64,000 nt of DNA from Eledone cirrhosa (Eukaryota), in assembly GCA_964016885.1 (NCBI GenBank), contig OZ024744.1:38316001-38380000 (forward strand). Reading direction: 5' to 3'. The translations under genes were made by a program, and so were the position numbers. The notes under the pieces were generated by a model. The model was not told where the DNA came from. It worked only from the letters and a program-made list of their open reading frames with translations, and ran no database searches. This document shows positions 1 through 13,826 of the stretch, piece by piece; position 1 is the first letter of the stretch, and each line of letters starts with the position of its first letter.

Positions 1-210
1 ATTGCTTTATATCTGGAGATCTCTCTGCACTTGTCATCACATGGTACCAACACTATGTGTCAATAATTGTCACAAGTGTAGTGTTTGTACCAGAGTTTTC
101 AAGTCGCTGGCTGGACTAAAAAGTCACACTCGTTCAGCGCATCGGTAGGGGTCCTCCTATATGGATATAAAGTAGTGGCCGTACTCGAAAACGAGTTGGC
201 AGCCACCATG
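1..210 (+). mobile_element. 3' end of RTE-clade LINE with C-terminal C2H2 finger and 3' tail
   Basis: 71-148 translates HKCSVCTRVFKSLAGLKSHTRSAHR*, a C2H2 finger matching the last finger at ~52870. Tail tggccgtactcgaaaacgagttggcagcca then (TATG)n resembles the tail at 63722-63760. Confidence 0.7.
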
Positions 211-379
211 TATGTATGTATATATGTACGTATGTATCTATGTATGTATGTCTGCATGCTTGCTGCATATTTGTATTCACCAACACCAATGTTGGCATAT
301 ATATGTTAGTGAATTTTCAGGAAGGCTCTTTAATATCTAACGATTTCTTGCTGCATCAAAAACATATATTACACTTATA

Positions 380-1130
380 CGTGATCTTCTTTATGCAGAC
401 AACTGATATTCTTAGCTTTATGGAAGAAAACCTTCAATATCTGATGGATTGCTTCTCGGCGTGTGATGAGTTTGGGTTGACAACCAACATATTAAAGTCT
501 GCGGTGTTGTACTAACATGCACCTTGATAGTTGTATATTCCACCATCCATATCTGTCAAAGAGAAAATATTGAAGTTTGTGGATAAGTATGTCTACCTGA
601 GTAGTATTCCCTACAGAGTTAACACACTTGATGAGAAGGTAAGCTACCAGTTGTCTAAAGCTTCCGATGCTTTTGGTAAGATGGAAAAGCGCCTGTCGTC
701 ACAGTCAGATATCAGGCATGTGTGCATGCAAACTTGCTGTATGGATGTGAGACATGGGCAACATATTGTTGGAATATCCAGCGGCTCGTACACTTCCGCC
801 AACAAGGTCTCTTGGAAGTCTCCAACACCAGATACTGATGTGCTGCAGCAGACCTACCTGCCAAGCATCGAGACCATAATCATGAAACAGCATCTCCGGT
901 GGGTCAGGTAACATAGTAGGCCTAGAAAACAGCAGACTTCCAAAACAAGTATTGTATGGAGAACTGTTGCAAGGCAAATGCCTGTAGTACAAGCCACACA
1001 AGCGTTACAAAAATTCCTGAAAGATACCCCGAAGAAGGTAAAAAACAAATCCGAAACATGAGAAAAATCTTTCAGTAGACAGAACCCAGGGGCCAAATCT
1101 GATTGCTGTTGTTGTTAAGGAATTCGAAAA
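380..1130 (+). pseudogene. Degenerate RTE (BovB-like) LINE RT C-terminal fragment
   Basis: Broken frames LQYLMDCFSACDEFGLT, VDKYVYLSS..TLDEKVSYQLSKASDAFGKMEKRL, IETIIMKQHLRWV, similar to the ORF at 51645-52445. Confidence 0.8.
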
Positions 1131-1191
1131 GAATCTGAGGGACTAAGCTGAAGTAGGAGAGAAAGAGAAGTTGAGAGAGAAATAGGAAATG

Positions 1192-1538
<347 letters not shown>

Positions 1539-1629
1539 CGAGAGATAGAGAGAAAGAGAGAGAGTGGGAGCTGTTATGAACAGTATCATCTGCTTGTATT
1601 GTCTGTATATAAATATTTTAAATACACGA

Positions 1630-1957
1630 AATGAACTTCCCCAACCCTCCTCTGTTATAAGACTGGTTATATACCTCCTCGAAATGTCCTCACCAAGATA
1701 CAAACTTAGGCATGTCTTGTGTAAGACCAACAAAGTCCCACGCATCCCAGTCTTTCTTCTTCTCGACACCCATATTATCCAATAGAAAGGTGAAAATAAA
1801 AGCCGAAACAGCTTGACACCAGTGGTCATGACTCGCCAGAGAGGACTGGAGAAATGTGAAATAAGCTGTTTACTTAAGGACACAACGCGGGTAATTGAAC
1901 TCACGACTTTATGATTGTGAGTTTAACCCACTCTAACCACTAGGCTACGCGTCTTCA
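1630..1957 (-). mobile_element. tRNA-derived SINE with CORE-like segment
   Basis: Reverse complement reads gaagacgcgtagcctagtggttag (A box)...gagttcaattacc (B box)...gttgtgtccttaagtaaacagc. Body resembles 47440-47620. Confidence 0.7.
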
Positions 1958-2108
1958 CAATCCACTATATATGGTGACGTCTATGTTTACTGGTTTCGAT
2001 GCTCTGTGTTCTGTCACAGCAATAATTACTTGATGACGGACGGGGTTCGGCTCTTCCGTATTCGGACACATTGCACCTGTCAACAGTGTATTTTCATACT
2101 TGTATATA

Positions 2109-2825
2109 TCTATATTACTAAAACAGAGAATGTCTGTCTGTCTGTCCAATCACTAAAACTTGAGAACCACCCAACTGAGTATTTTCAAGCTTTACACATG
2201 TGAGTGTTTTGAACCAAAAAATGTCAAATGTTCAATGCTCTAGGGACTCCATTAGGTGATTTAGTGATCTCTATCTATAATTCTTAGTCTTTCTCTTTTT
2301 AGATAGATACATAGATATAACGTCGCGCCCTTATAATATCTGTCTCTATGCCTGCCTGTCTGCGTCAGGTCAATATGACGCGGTCAGTATGTGTGCGTAT
2401 ATATGTATATATAGTGTGTGTATATATATTCTTATGCCAGGGATGGTACTCACGAACCAAAGTATCGTCTTCCTGTTTTCCTTCGGTTGCAACGCTTTTC
2501 GAAATATTTACATCTGCGTTCACAGATTGTTTTTTTTAGTTTCAGAAGATCACATTAAGGGTGAAAGCAGCGATTCTTTGTTAAATTTTAATATGTTATT
2601 TTAATATAGATATTCGTGTATTTTTGCATACACAAACACAAAATATAAACAAAAAAGGCCGGCGATTACATAATCACATGCATCACTGACAGATATTTTG
2701 GCATGCACAAAAACATTTCGAAATATATACTTCTGCGTTCACAGATTGTTTTTTTTTTAGTTTCAAAAGATTCCCTTAAGAGTGAAAGCAGCGATTCTTT
2801 GCTTAAACTTCAATCTGTTATTTTA

Positions 2826-2830
<5 letters not shown>
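2109..2830 (+). mobile_element. Composite non-autonomous Helitron-like fragments
   Basis: Starts TCTATATTACTAAAACAGAGAATGTCTGTCTG (Helitron-type 5' end). 2320-2370 matches the reverse complement of 45320-45370, and 2435-2830 matches 37140-37310. Confidence 0.55.
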
Positions 2831-2911
<81 letters not shown>

Positions 2912-2986
2912 GAGCGGAACAAGTAATCATGAAACAATCTTTTAAATAAATTTTAAAAAACGATTTAAATATTCACCTGTTCTATT

Positions 2987-3066
2987 GCCGTTACCGACGG
3001 TTTCACTAATCAAAAGATTGGAAATTCAGAGAATTTCCAATGGAAAGAATTAGATCTTCAGACAGC
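2987..3066 (-). ncRNA. Type I hammerhead ribozyme motif (probably a Penelope pLTR remnant)
   Basis: Reverse complement: GCUGU-CUGAAGA-U-CUAAU..[AUUGGAAAUUC UCU GAAUUUCCAAU]..AUUAG-U-GAAA-CC GUC GG-UA-ACGGC. Stems I, II and III all pair. Confidence 0.7.
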
Positions 3067-3246
3067 TATTTCCGTACTATAAGGGTATAAAACCTCACAG
3101 TAAGAGAATATATCGCTTCCTGCCCGTTGCATGGGGTCAGGCCGTTAAAGTAACCCACACACAAAATAGGCCATAAGTAAAAACGTGATATTATAAACTT
3201 GTTGATCATGCCGCTAAAAATAGCAGCGCGATACAACGTTTTGTTC

Positions 3247-3967
3247 TCTACATATAGGAGGATAAATATAAAAGGGTATGGATATTCCAACAGGCACTAC
3301 GTACCTCCCTAAAACTCGAGAAATCTCCAACCCATTTTTTTCAAATTTTACATGTATATTACTTATGTTTCATGAAGTGTTATGCACATAAAAAAATCAA
3401 TTTTTTGATCCGCTAGGGCCCGCATTAGGTGAAAAACTGCGTTTTTCCCCAGCTTTTTAGGGGTTTTTGAGGTGTTACGTCAAACCAATTTCCTTGAAAT
3501 TGTAACTATGTATTAGTCAGTCTCTTTTTCATACCGTGAGGAAAGAAAATCCAACTTTTTTATGGTCTAGGGCCCGCATTAGGTGAAAAACTTTATTTTT
3601 GAGGCGTTACGTCTAGCCGATTTTCCAGAAGTTTCAAAACATATTACACCCCCCAAAAAATTCATTATTTGATCCCGTAGGGCCCGCATTAGGTAAAACC
3701 TGCATTTTTCCTGCTTCATCGAGAAAAATCTTAAAGATTATCCAGCCAATTACCATAAAAAGGTGCTACATTAATTAATTAGCTTATCCACCCTCACGTG
3801 GATAGAAAAACATTCCCAAATGTTTGTCCTGGTGAATCATGCCACTTTATTAAAGTCCAAAAGCACCAAGCCGATTTTCTCGGCATGCAGTTTTACCACG
3901 ATTGGGTCTGTTGGCGGCCCGTGTTCCAAAATACCTTATCCCGTGCAACGCCTGGTATCACTGCTAG
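3247..3967 (+). mobile_element. Non-autonomous Helitron
   Basis: 5' TCTACATATA. 3' cccgtgcaacgcctgg hairpin-like motif followed by CTAG|T. Three internal repeats agggcccgcattaggt (~3416, 3569, 3679). Confidence 0.7.
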
Positions 3968-4076
3968 TATATAGTAAATGAGTGAGGAATAAAGTGAATG
4001 CTTGTTTATGACATGATATTTCTAGGAATACATAAATGCTTGTGAAACGTTTAGGACTAATTCACCGGGCGGAGTT

Positions 4077-4258
4077 AATAACTGTTTCTATTTTAGGCAC
4101 AAGGCCAGCAATTACCCAGTACATTACTGGTACTTTATTTTATCGACCCCGTAAGGATGAAAGGCAAAGTTAACCTCGGCGGGATGTGAACTCAGAATGG
4201 CAAGGGCCGTAACTCTATGCGTCAAAGCATGGCGTCCGACCCTCTACCGATGTTAATA
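4077..4258 (-). mobile_element. tRNA-derived SINE with Nin/Deu-like domain
   Basis: Reverse complement contains gagttcacatcccgccgaggttaactttgcctttcatccttacggggtcgataaaataaagtaccag and tail ggccttgtgcctaaaatagaaac. More than 10 copies in the window. Confidence 0.8.
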
Positions 4259-4398
4259 ATGATACTGTAATGTACCAGAAATCTGTTGTTTACGGATGAA
4301 TGACAAAGACAGTTCCGTTAACTGAACATAGCTTAATCCGACATGAGGTCATTGCGTAGGGGTCAGTTCATGAACGGAAGTCTGGATTAATAATACAC

Positions 4399-4447
4399 TC
4401 AGAGACACAGACAGACACACTGACACAGACAGACACACACAGACACA

Positions 4448-4513
<66 letters not shown>
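4399..4513. repeat. (CA)n/(GACA)n microsatellite
   Basis: Direct inspection. Confidence 0.95.
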
Positions 4514-4516
<3 letters not shown>

Positions 4517-5179
4517 TACCTGATGGTCGATCTGTTTGCGATAGACCATCTATATCAGTGGATCTCAAACGTTGCGCATCGGCATACTAGTGTGTGTTGC
4601 GAGATGTAAGTAGTTGTGACACGAAAGGGAGAATTCTATTTCAAAATGTGAAAATTACAAACGCTCTCACCCAGAATACGAGAGGTATTTAGTTTAATTA
4701 CCTGCAGGAGATTCTATCCATTTTTTTCCGTTTCCAGTGATACTTTATCCGATTTATGTAATTATTATCTATAGTTACCGCCATTGTGACTACGCCCCCC
4801 CTCCCTCCCCCACCACAAAAAAGCCTTTCTTCCCAGCTACTCTTCTGTGATGATATTGTTATTATCTGAGTGGCCCTGGTTCAGACAGGTTATATACATT
4901 GTTTGTGTTAAATTTTGGCATACAGTAAGTCAGTAGATTTTTGCCAAGTGGGTTTCTTTGTTTTGGGAGACAAAGCTTGTCTCTGCCAGTGCCAACCAAT
5001 TTGGTATATTCATATCTCCATTGAGAGATTGTTGGTAGAGGTTGGCAAGATAACTACGATAGAAAGTCAATTTCTTGTACCAATAGATGACAATCAAGCC
5101 TTTTCATAGCGCTTTCTTATCCTGAAGTTTTCATATCACAGTCTCAAAAGTATCCTCATTGATGAGAGTAACTGAGTAT

Positions 5180-5345
5180 CATTTCGGGCTTTTACGTCCT
5201 GAGTTCAAATCCCGCCGAGGTTAACTTTGCCTTTCATCCTTACGGGGTCGATAAAATAAAATACCAGTAACATACTGGGTCGATTTAAGTGACTTTCCGC
5301 TCCCGGAAAATTGTTGCTCTTGTGCTTAAATCAGAAACAATTATT
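5180..5345 (+). mobile_element. Nin/Deu-like SINE copy
   Basis: gagttcaaatcccgccgaggttaactttgcctttcatccttacggggtcgataaaat. Confidence 0.8.
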
Positions 5346-5612
5346 GACGCTGTATGTCTTTGATGTAATGTAAGGACAATAGTTCCTTCGGATCGGTTTC
5401 AAACACATTGCATCTTCGTTAAACGTTTTTTTCCTCACCCATATTTTTCTCCCGAATGTATTTTAAGGACGGGTCCTTCATTAAATTTATTGATTTGTCC
5501 CTCATATCTCTGTAAAATGATTATTCGTGTCGACGGAATTTCTTATTAATCATTGTTTTTCAGTTATTTTAATCTGATACCGAGTTTCTCCCTGACAAAT
5601 CTTAACTCTCGT

Positions 5613-5813
5613 TAGAAGTTGCCAGCCTCTAAAAACCCAATCAGGGAATACCATGAAAAAAAGGTGCCCCCAATAAGAAATAAGGCATAATGAGGAGATT
5701 TTACATAATGAAAGCTATACCCATTTTTACAAGAGAAAACATTTCTCGCCCACCTCACCCACCTCAAAGTGGGAGGGAGATTCCCCGTCGGACGGGGAGA
5801 GTTGACAGGTCTG
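5613..5813. mobile_element. MITE (hAT-like) with CAGACYTGCCAAC-type TIRs
   Basis: aagttgccagcctct...agagttgacaggtctg. Same family at 11081-11264 and 31833-32005. Confidence 0.6.
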
Positions 5814-6910
5814 TAAATTAACCTCTTTTTGAAACATTTCATTAAGAATACATTTGAATTGCCTGTAATCTTCACTTTACCAGCTAATGGTACTCTCGTT
5901 GTTGTTGGCGACATTTTAATGTTGGTTATCAACGTGACTGCGAGATGAAGTAACAGTCTAAGTAAAGAGTGTAGTGAGACATAGTGACAAATTTGTTCCC
6001 GGTAAGTCTGTTCTAAGAGAATTATCGTGTATTGTTGTTTGCTTTTGATGATCAGCTTGACTACAAAGCAATGTCTGTAGCTTTGATTAATTATATTACT
6101 ACTCTGTGATAATGAAATTTATGTACAAAGTGCACCAAAATATTTTTAATTGTTTTAAAGTGTGCACATATATAGATGTCCATATCTATATATAAATTAG
6201 AGCGACTTCCGTCTGTCCTTCACACAATGTGTGTGTGTGCTTCAGTGAATGTTTGTGTGTGAAAAAGGAAGAGAGGGTATGGTTAAAATACTATAGCAAA
6301 ACAGTGTTCCATTTGCTACGTTGTATGTAAGTGTATGTGTGTGTTTGTGTGAATGTATGCCTGTGAGTGTGTATTTTTGTAAGTGTGACTGCGTTTGTGC
6401 GTTTATATTTATATACTCATACATATAAATATATGCATATACACATACATACATGCACTCACATATACACATACGTGTCAGCGTGTTGAAAAAATCCTAG
6501 TACACAAAAAGACGAGCTGTGCATCGATGGAATACATTCGATCATTGGTCAGTTCATTGACCAGTTTGTTGTGACATGCATTGATTGATTGCATGTCTAA
6601 TCTAGGAGAATGAGCCTGTATTGCTGTAATTTGTGGAGGTCTCACAACTCTAGACATAAATATACACTCATCGTTGTAGTGAAAAATGTTATTTTTACAT
6701 TCGACAAACGTTGCTTGTTAGCGTAATTATTTTGCTGTGAAATTATGTAGTTCTGGGTAAAGTTCGTCTCAGTGTATCTTCATTCTCTCCATATAGCCAA
6801 CAGACAGATCTTTTTATTTTGCCATTTTATAACAATTAAATAAATCGTTAGTGAGTTTGTAACTCCGAGAATTTATAGTTTCGTTTCTTTCTTTAACTAC
6901 AAACCCAGGT

Positions 6911-7165
6911 TTAGCTGCATGTCGGGCTGAGGAGGCCAAACTCTCCAAGTACCGGTCGTTCTCCGACAGGTTCGCGGTCGTGCCCTTGGCGGTGGAGACT
7001 TCTGGTGTCCTTGGCTGGCCCTAGGGCTACCTCCCTACGCACCACCATAGGCGCTGAGGTGGCCAGCCGCAGGTGTGAGCCTTGCCATCCTCCGGGGGAG
7101 CGCCTTCCCCATTCTGTCCGCCGGGGCTGTGGGGAGGCCAGCACGTGGGATCCCATTTGCTCACC
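6911..7165 (+). pseudogene. 3' fragment of a CRE-clade non-LTR retrotransposon (restriction-like endonuclease C-terminus)
   Basis: GC-rich island translating LAACRAEEAKLSKYRSFSDRFAVVPLAVETSGVLG then ERLPHSVRRG, matching the AE..K..KY...F.P.AVET.G..G and QRLS..VQRG motifs of CRE elements. Confidence 0.65.
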
Positions 7166-7759
7166 ATTCAGAGAGATGGGAAGGGCGAGAGAGAGGGAGG
7201 CGATGACAGTGGTAGTTCAGCTCTTCCACATTTGAACCATTTCCTTGTGGTTGTATTCATCAAGCAACTAAAGACCTGACCAATTTGTAAACCACCTACT
7301 TGCCAGCCTTTCTACTTCCGTTTATCTTTATCTTTGTTGTTGTTATTTCTTTTCAGTTCCCCATCTGTGTTGTTGATGTTTTTGTATGCAACCATGATGT
7401 TTGTAGCAGATCCTTCTATGGTGAATGCAATTATTAGACGGATATCTCTATAATTTTGAATAAATCTTCAATGAATATCATCAGAAGAATATCCAGTGAT
7501 TTAACAAGCCCGGTAATTGTGGTATTAATGTTGGAGTTAGTATACGTGTTAAAATTAATTAGTAGCCTTTCACGCCATATGTGTGACTACTCGCGTCGAA
7601 GATGTATGTAAATACGTACGTATGCATGTATGTATATATGTATGTATGTAATGTATGTATGTATGTTTGAGCATGTATGTTTGTATGTATGTATGAGAAT
7701 GTACGTGTATATGTGTGAGTATGCATGTTTGTATGTATCTATGAGAATGTATGTATGTT

Positions 7760-8805
7760 CTTCTGGTTTTATAATTTCACAAATTTTTTCCAATAGAGAG
7801 AGAGTCGGTTTCTAACATAGACACAAGACTTTCTCATTGGAATTTACACATCAACTAGGTAGATTATGTATGTATGTCTGCATGTGTATATATGGATGTT
7901 ATTGTATGTGTGGATGTGTATGTTTTGAGTTGTATGTGTGCATGTGTATATGCTTTGTATCTGTACATGTGTATATGCAGTTATTAGATGCAAAATATTT
8001 GGAACGTTTTACCTATTTTTACTGTTCCATTAATGGATTGTACTTGTAATTTCCTAACTAGTTGTGTTCTTTCTGTTCCTGTGAAGCCTAGCTTCACAAG
8101 ATTTGTATTGAGGCAGTTACTAACATAACCCACTGCCTCAATAATCACATACATAAGGCTGAAGGTGTAATCAGGGTGGAGTATCTGCAGATTTCTCATC
8201 ATTTCTGCATACATATTCTCCTTTTCGCTAATCTTTGATATTATATTGGCATCTGCTGGGCAGCTAATTTCCACTACTGTGCATGCCTTCTTTTCCCTGT
8301 CCCAGATCATAATATCTGGTCCCTTATGCCTGCATTTTATTGGGGCTTTTACTGGAACATTCCACCAGTACTCTTTCATATTATGTACATGGATGTCTTC
8401 CACATTGCTGTAGCTTTTAATGTATTTATTATCGGGGCTATCCTTTTTACGGACTGCATTGTACAGTGTTTTGGCCACTACATCATGCCTCATAGGTAGA
8501 TAGTACCGCGATGACATCTTTGGACAGCTGCTGATGACATGGGTGATATCTTCGATGTTAGTTCTGCAGAGTCTGCACTTGTTACCACATTTAGGTGTTT
8601 TGTCTGCATCCATATCTCTTTTTTGAATCAGGCATTTCGTGTTAATATCCGGTTCTTGGATTGCAAAAGCGTATCCTTCAAAGTGGGAGCCAATATAGCG
8701 GTTGTTGGTCCAAGATAGACTACTTTCTTTATCTATATTACTCTCACTCTGGAGCTTCCTGGCAACATATCCATGCATGATTTTTTGCGGATAAGCATGC
8801 AGCTT
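7760..8805 (-). mobile_element. 5'-truncated Dong/R4-like LINE: CCHC finger, REL endonuclease and 3' UTR
   Basis: ORF 7984-8892 contains MHG, EGYAFAIQE, CRLC..EDITHVISSC, RHD, PDIMIWD..VVEISCP and EKENMY motifs. Flanked by (CATA)n. Confidence 0.85.
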
Positions 8806-10645
<1,840 letters not shown>

Positions 10646-11080
10646 GAATTATAAACAACGGGAACCTCATAAATATAAGATATCACTGTTGCCAAAAGAA
10701 TTAAAATAAATTTGTTTTCTCTTTGAAGAAATGATGAAATCGCTAAAGGACAAATGATCTTTCGCTGAACCGATTTACAATTAATTTTAGCTACATTTGG
10801 AGAATATTCATTTCTGCTTTGTGTTTATACTGCTTATTGTAGAATTTCATCGTTCCTTTAGTACCATATTTCCTATTGCAAGTTCTGTCATGTTAAAAAT
10901 ATATTAGACCATCAGATATCATGTACTTTGTATTTTGTCAACATAAATGATTTTGAGCAACAATAGACAAGACATTTATTTAGCTCACAGCAACTAAATC
11001 CATCTCTGTCAACACAAAGTGAGTTTTGTCACAGACCAAGGCATTTCGTTACAGACAATTAGGTTAATCTAGTCGAAATG

Positions 11081-11264
11081 CAGACTTGCCAACCTCTAAA
11101 AATCCAACATGAACAAAAGTACCTCAAAACGGAGAGAAATGAGGCAAAATGGGGAGATTTTTACATAATGAAAGCTATACCCATTTTCACATGAGTAACC
11201 ATTTCTCCCCAACCCCAAAGGCTATTGCAAATCTCCCCGTCAGACGGGGAGAATTCACAGGTGT
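11081..11264. mobile_element. MITE, same family as 5613-5813
   Basis: cagacttgccaacctct...ggagaattcacaggtgtg, with the shared internal ttacataatgaaagctatacccatttt. Confidence 0.6.
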
Positions 11265-11403
11265 GGAAAGGGGATGAAACGCCAGCAGTTTCGACAACAT
11301 GTGTTCAAACTGTTCGATCAACGAAACAAACTGCTCGTGAAATAAATATGTAAGTTGCTGAGATTTCGAGAGACACGTGTACGCTTAACATATTCCTCTA
11401 GTG

Positions 11404-11598
11404 CAGTGGTTCTCAACCTTTTCTTGCCAACTGCTCACCTTGGAACACATAAAAAAATAGCGGCACACCTGGCTAAATATATATGAAAAATATTTGAATT
11501 TTACAAAATAAAATCATGGCAAAATAAAATTTCGCGGCATACTTAGGAAGATCTCGCGGCACACCAGTGTGCCGCGGCACATTGGTTGAGAATCACTG
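11404..11598. mobile_element. hAT (Charlie-like) MITE inserted into an old SINE
   Basis: TIRs CAGTGGTTCTCAACC / GGTTGAGAATCACTG. 8-bp TSD ctctagtg/ccctagtg with central TA. Confidence 0.85.
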
Positions 11599-12062
11599 CC
11601 CTAGTGTATTTAGTGTGACTGTGAAAATGTTTGTAATAAGGCTGACCAGTTGAATTACAGCTACTTCCTATCCTCTGGCCTTTCCAAACCGTTTCCGTAT
11701 ATCCAATTTCATACACATGGCTTGGAATGATTTGAGGCTATAGGTAAATGACACTTGACCAAGATGACACAGAGTGGAATTAAATCTGGAAGTTAATGAT
11801 TGCGAAATAAACTTCTTAACCGTTTGACTGCTGCATTCACATTAGTGAAAATAGGAAACATACAAAGGAACAATTCGCCACTATCGATAGAGGAAGCAAA
11901 TCAATTTGGTGAATTCGTTTTTCTGTTTCATACTCCTTTTACTGGTTTCAGTCACATGAGCCATAATATTTTCTCTTGTGCTTTTTACATAGATCTCTTT
12001 CTGTTTTTGTTATTGTTGTTGTTGTTGCTGCAGCTGCTGCTGCTGTTGCTGCTGCTGCTATA

Positions 12063-12093
<31 letters not shown>

Positions 12094-12159
12094 TTGTCGA
12101 TGCTCTTGTTGTCGTTGGATCTCTATCTGTTCAGATGACGAGTGTTCCTGTTCTTTGAC

Positions 12160-12368
12160 TAACGGAGCAGTTTTCTCGTGGAATTAACGTGAAGTGGGTT
12201 GAGCATTCTGTAGACACATGTACACTTGACGTAATTCTCAGGGAGATTCAACGGGGCGCAGTGTGTGACAAGGCCAGCTCTTTAAATCACAGCTGAGTGG
12301 ACTGGAGCAACCTGAAACAAAGTATCTTGCTCAAGGATATAACACAAATGACTAAGCTTGCGTCTTCA
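12160..12368 (-). mobile_element. CORE-like SINE fragment
   Basis: gagtggactggagcaacctgaaacaaagtatcttgctcaagga is the reverse complement of the tccttgagcaagacactttatttcacgttgctcc core at 44716-44755. Confidence 0.65.
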
Positions 12369-12371
12369 CTA

Positions 12372-12706
12372 CGAGTGTCGGTTGAAAAGTTCATATGCTG
12401 TCTATGAATGATTAATGCTAGGGCTGGGAAATCTTGCATGCATTAATTTCAACTCTTATTAATAACCACATTTGTTCTTTCCAGGAATTATGTTGAAATA
12501 AAAAACAAAAACAAAAACAAAAAAATACCTCATTTGGTCATTCCATGAGAGTATCTTGGTCAGCTTATGAAGGAGTCATACTAGAGCTGTGAAATATTTC
12601 AACTCTTCTTATTAATAATTGCATGTTTTTCTTTCCAGGGACTATGTTTGGTCATTTCATGAGAGTATCTTGGTAAACCTATGAACTTTTCAGTAGCCGA
12701 CCCTCT
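12372..12706. mobile_element. Tc1/mariner-type MITE
   Basis: TA|CGAGTGTCGGTTGAAAAGTTCATA ... TATGAACTTTTCAGTAGCCGACCCTC, with TA flanks and an internal tandem duplication. Confidence 0.7.
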
Positions 12707-12937
12707 TATATGAGGCGTTAGATGTCTTTCTCAGTTTATCATGGTTGACTAGCTTTACGCATACGTCTTCGTTGATTAAGTATTTAAATAAATAATTAGT
12801 TAAACAAACAAATAATACATTTTATATTATAGAGTCGTCAAATATCTGTTGTAATGATGAAAGAAAACACCTGAACTTAATTAATTGATTGCCTGTTCAG
12901 ATGTGAAAATGTGAGGTATTGAGCGAGAGTCATGTTA

Positions 12938-13313
12938 CGAGGGTCAGCTAAGTGGCTGACCAAGATACTCTCATGGAGTTCCCAAATGAGGGTTGGTGGT
13001 GGTGGTGGTGGTGGTGGTAGTGTGTGTGTGTGTGGGGGGGTTAACATTAACCCTGAAAAGAAACAATTAATAAGAAGAGTTGAAATTAAGGCATGCAAGA
13101 TTTCACAGCTCTAGCATCACTCCTTCATAGGTTGACCAAGATACTCTCATGGAATGACCAAATGAGGTTTATTTTTCAACATAGTCTCTGAAAAAACAAA
13201 CTACAAACAAGCAGATGTTAATAAGAAGAGTTGAAATTAATGCATGCAAGATTACACAGCTCTAGCATCACTGCTTCATAGTCAGCCTATGAACTATTCG
13301 ACTGACTCTCCTG
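12938..13313. mobile_element. Second copy of the same mariner-type MITE, inverted
   Basis: TA|CGAGGGTCAG start. Internal gaccaagatactctcatgga and gttgaaattaa.gcatgcaagatt are reverse complements of 12372-12706. Confidence 0.65.
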
Positions 13314-13826
13314 TATATATACATATATATATATATATGTGTGTGTGTGCGTGTGTGTGTACGTGTGTGTCTTTGTGTGTTTGTGTCTGTGTCCGTCTGT
13401 GTGTCTGCGTGTGTGTGTATGTGTGTGTGTATGTGCGTGTGTGTGTGTGTTTGTGTTTGTGTCTGTGTGTATGTGTGTTTGTGTGTGTGTATGTGTGTGT
13501 GTGTGCGTGTGTGTGAGTGTGTGTGTTTGTGTCTGTGTGTATGTATGCATATTTCCCGCAACGCCTGGTCGAGTTGTAGAGGCACCAGAATGTCACGCGG
13601 AGTTTCTTGGGCATTTTTAAAACCTGGCGAAAGTCTATCACCCCTCCAGGTAGGAACGAAAACGATTTCGTCCAGAGAAAGAAACAGAGGAAGAATCGCC
13701 CCTAGTATTTGACTGGTGCTTTATTTATCGACCTAGAAAAGGCGAAAGGCAAAGTTGACCTCGCTGGGATTCGAACTCAGAGCGCTCTAAGGCGGAGTAT
13801 ATAAATAAGTCATTTTTATTGCGGTG

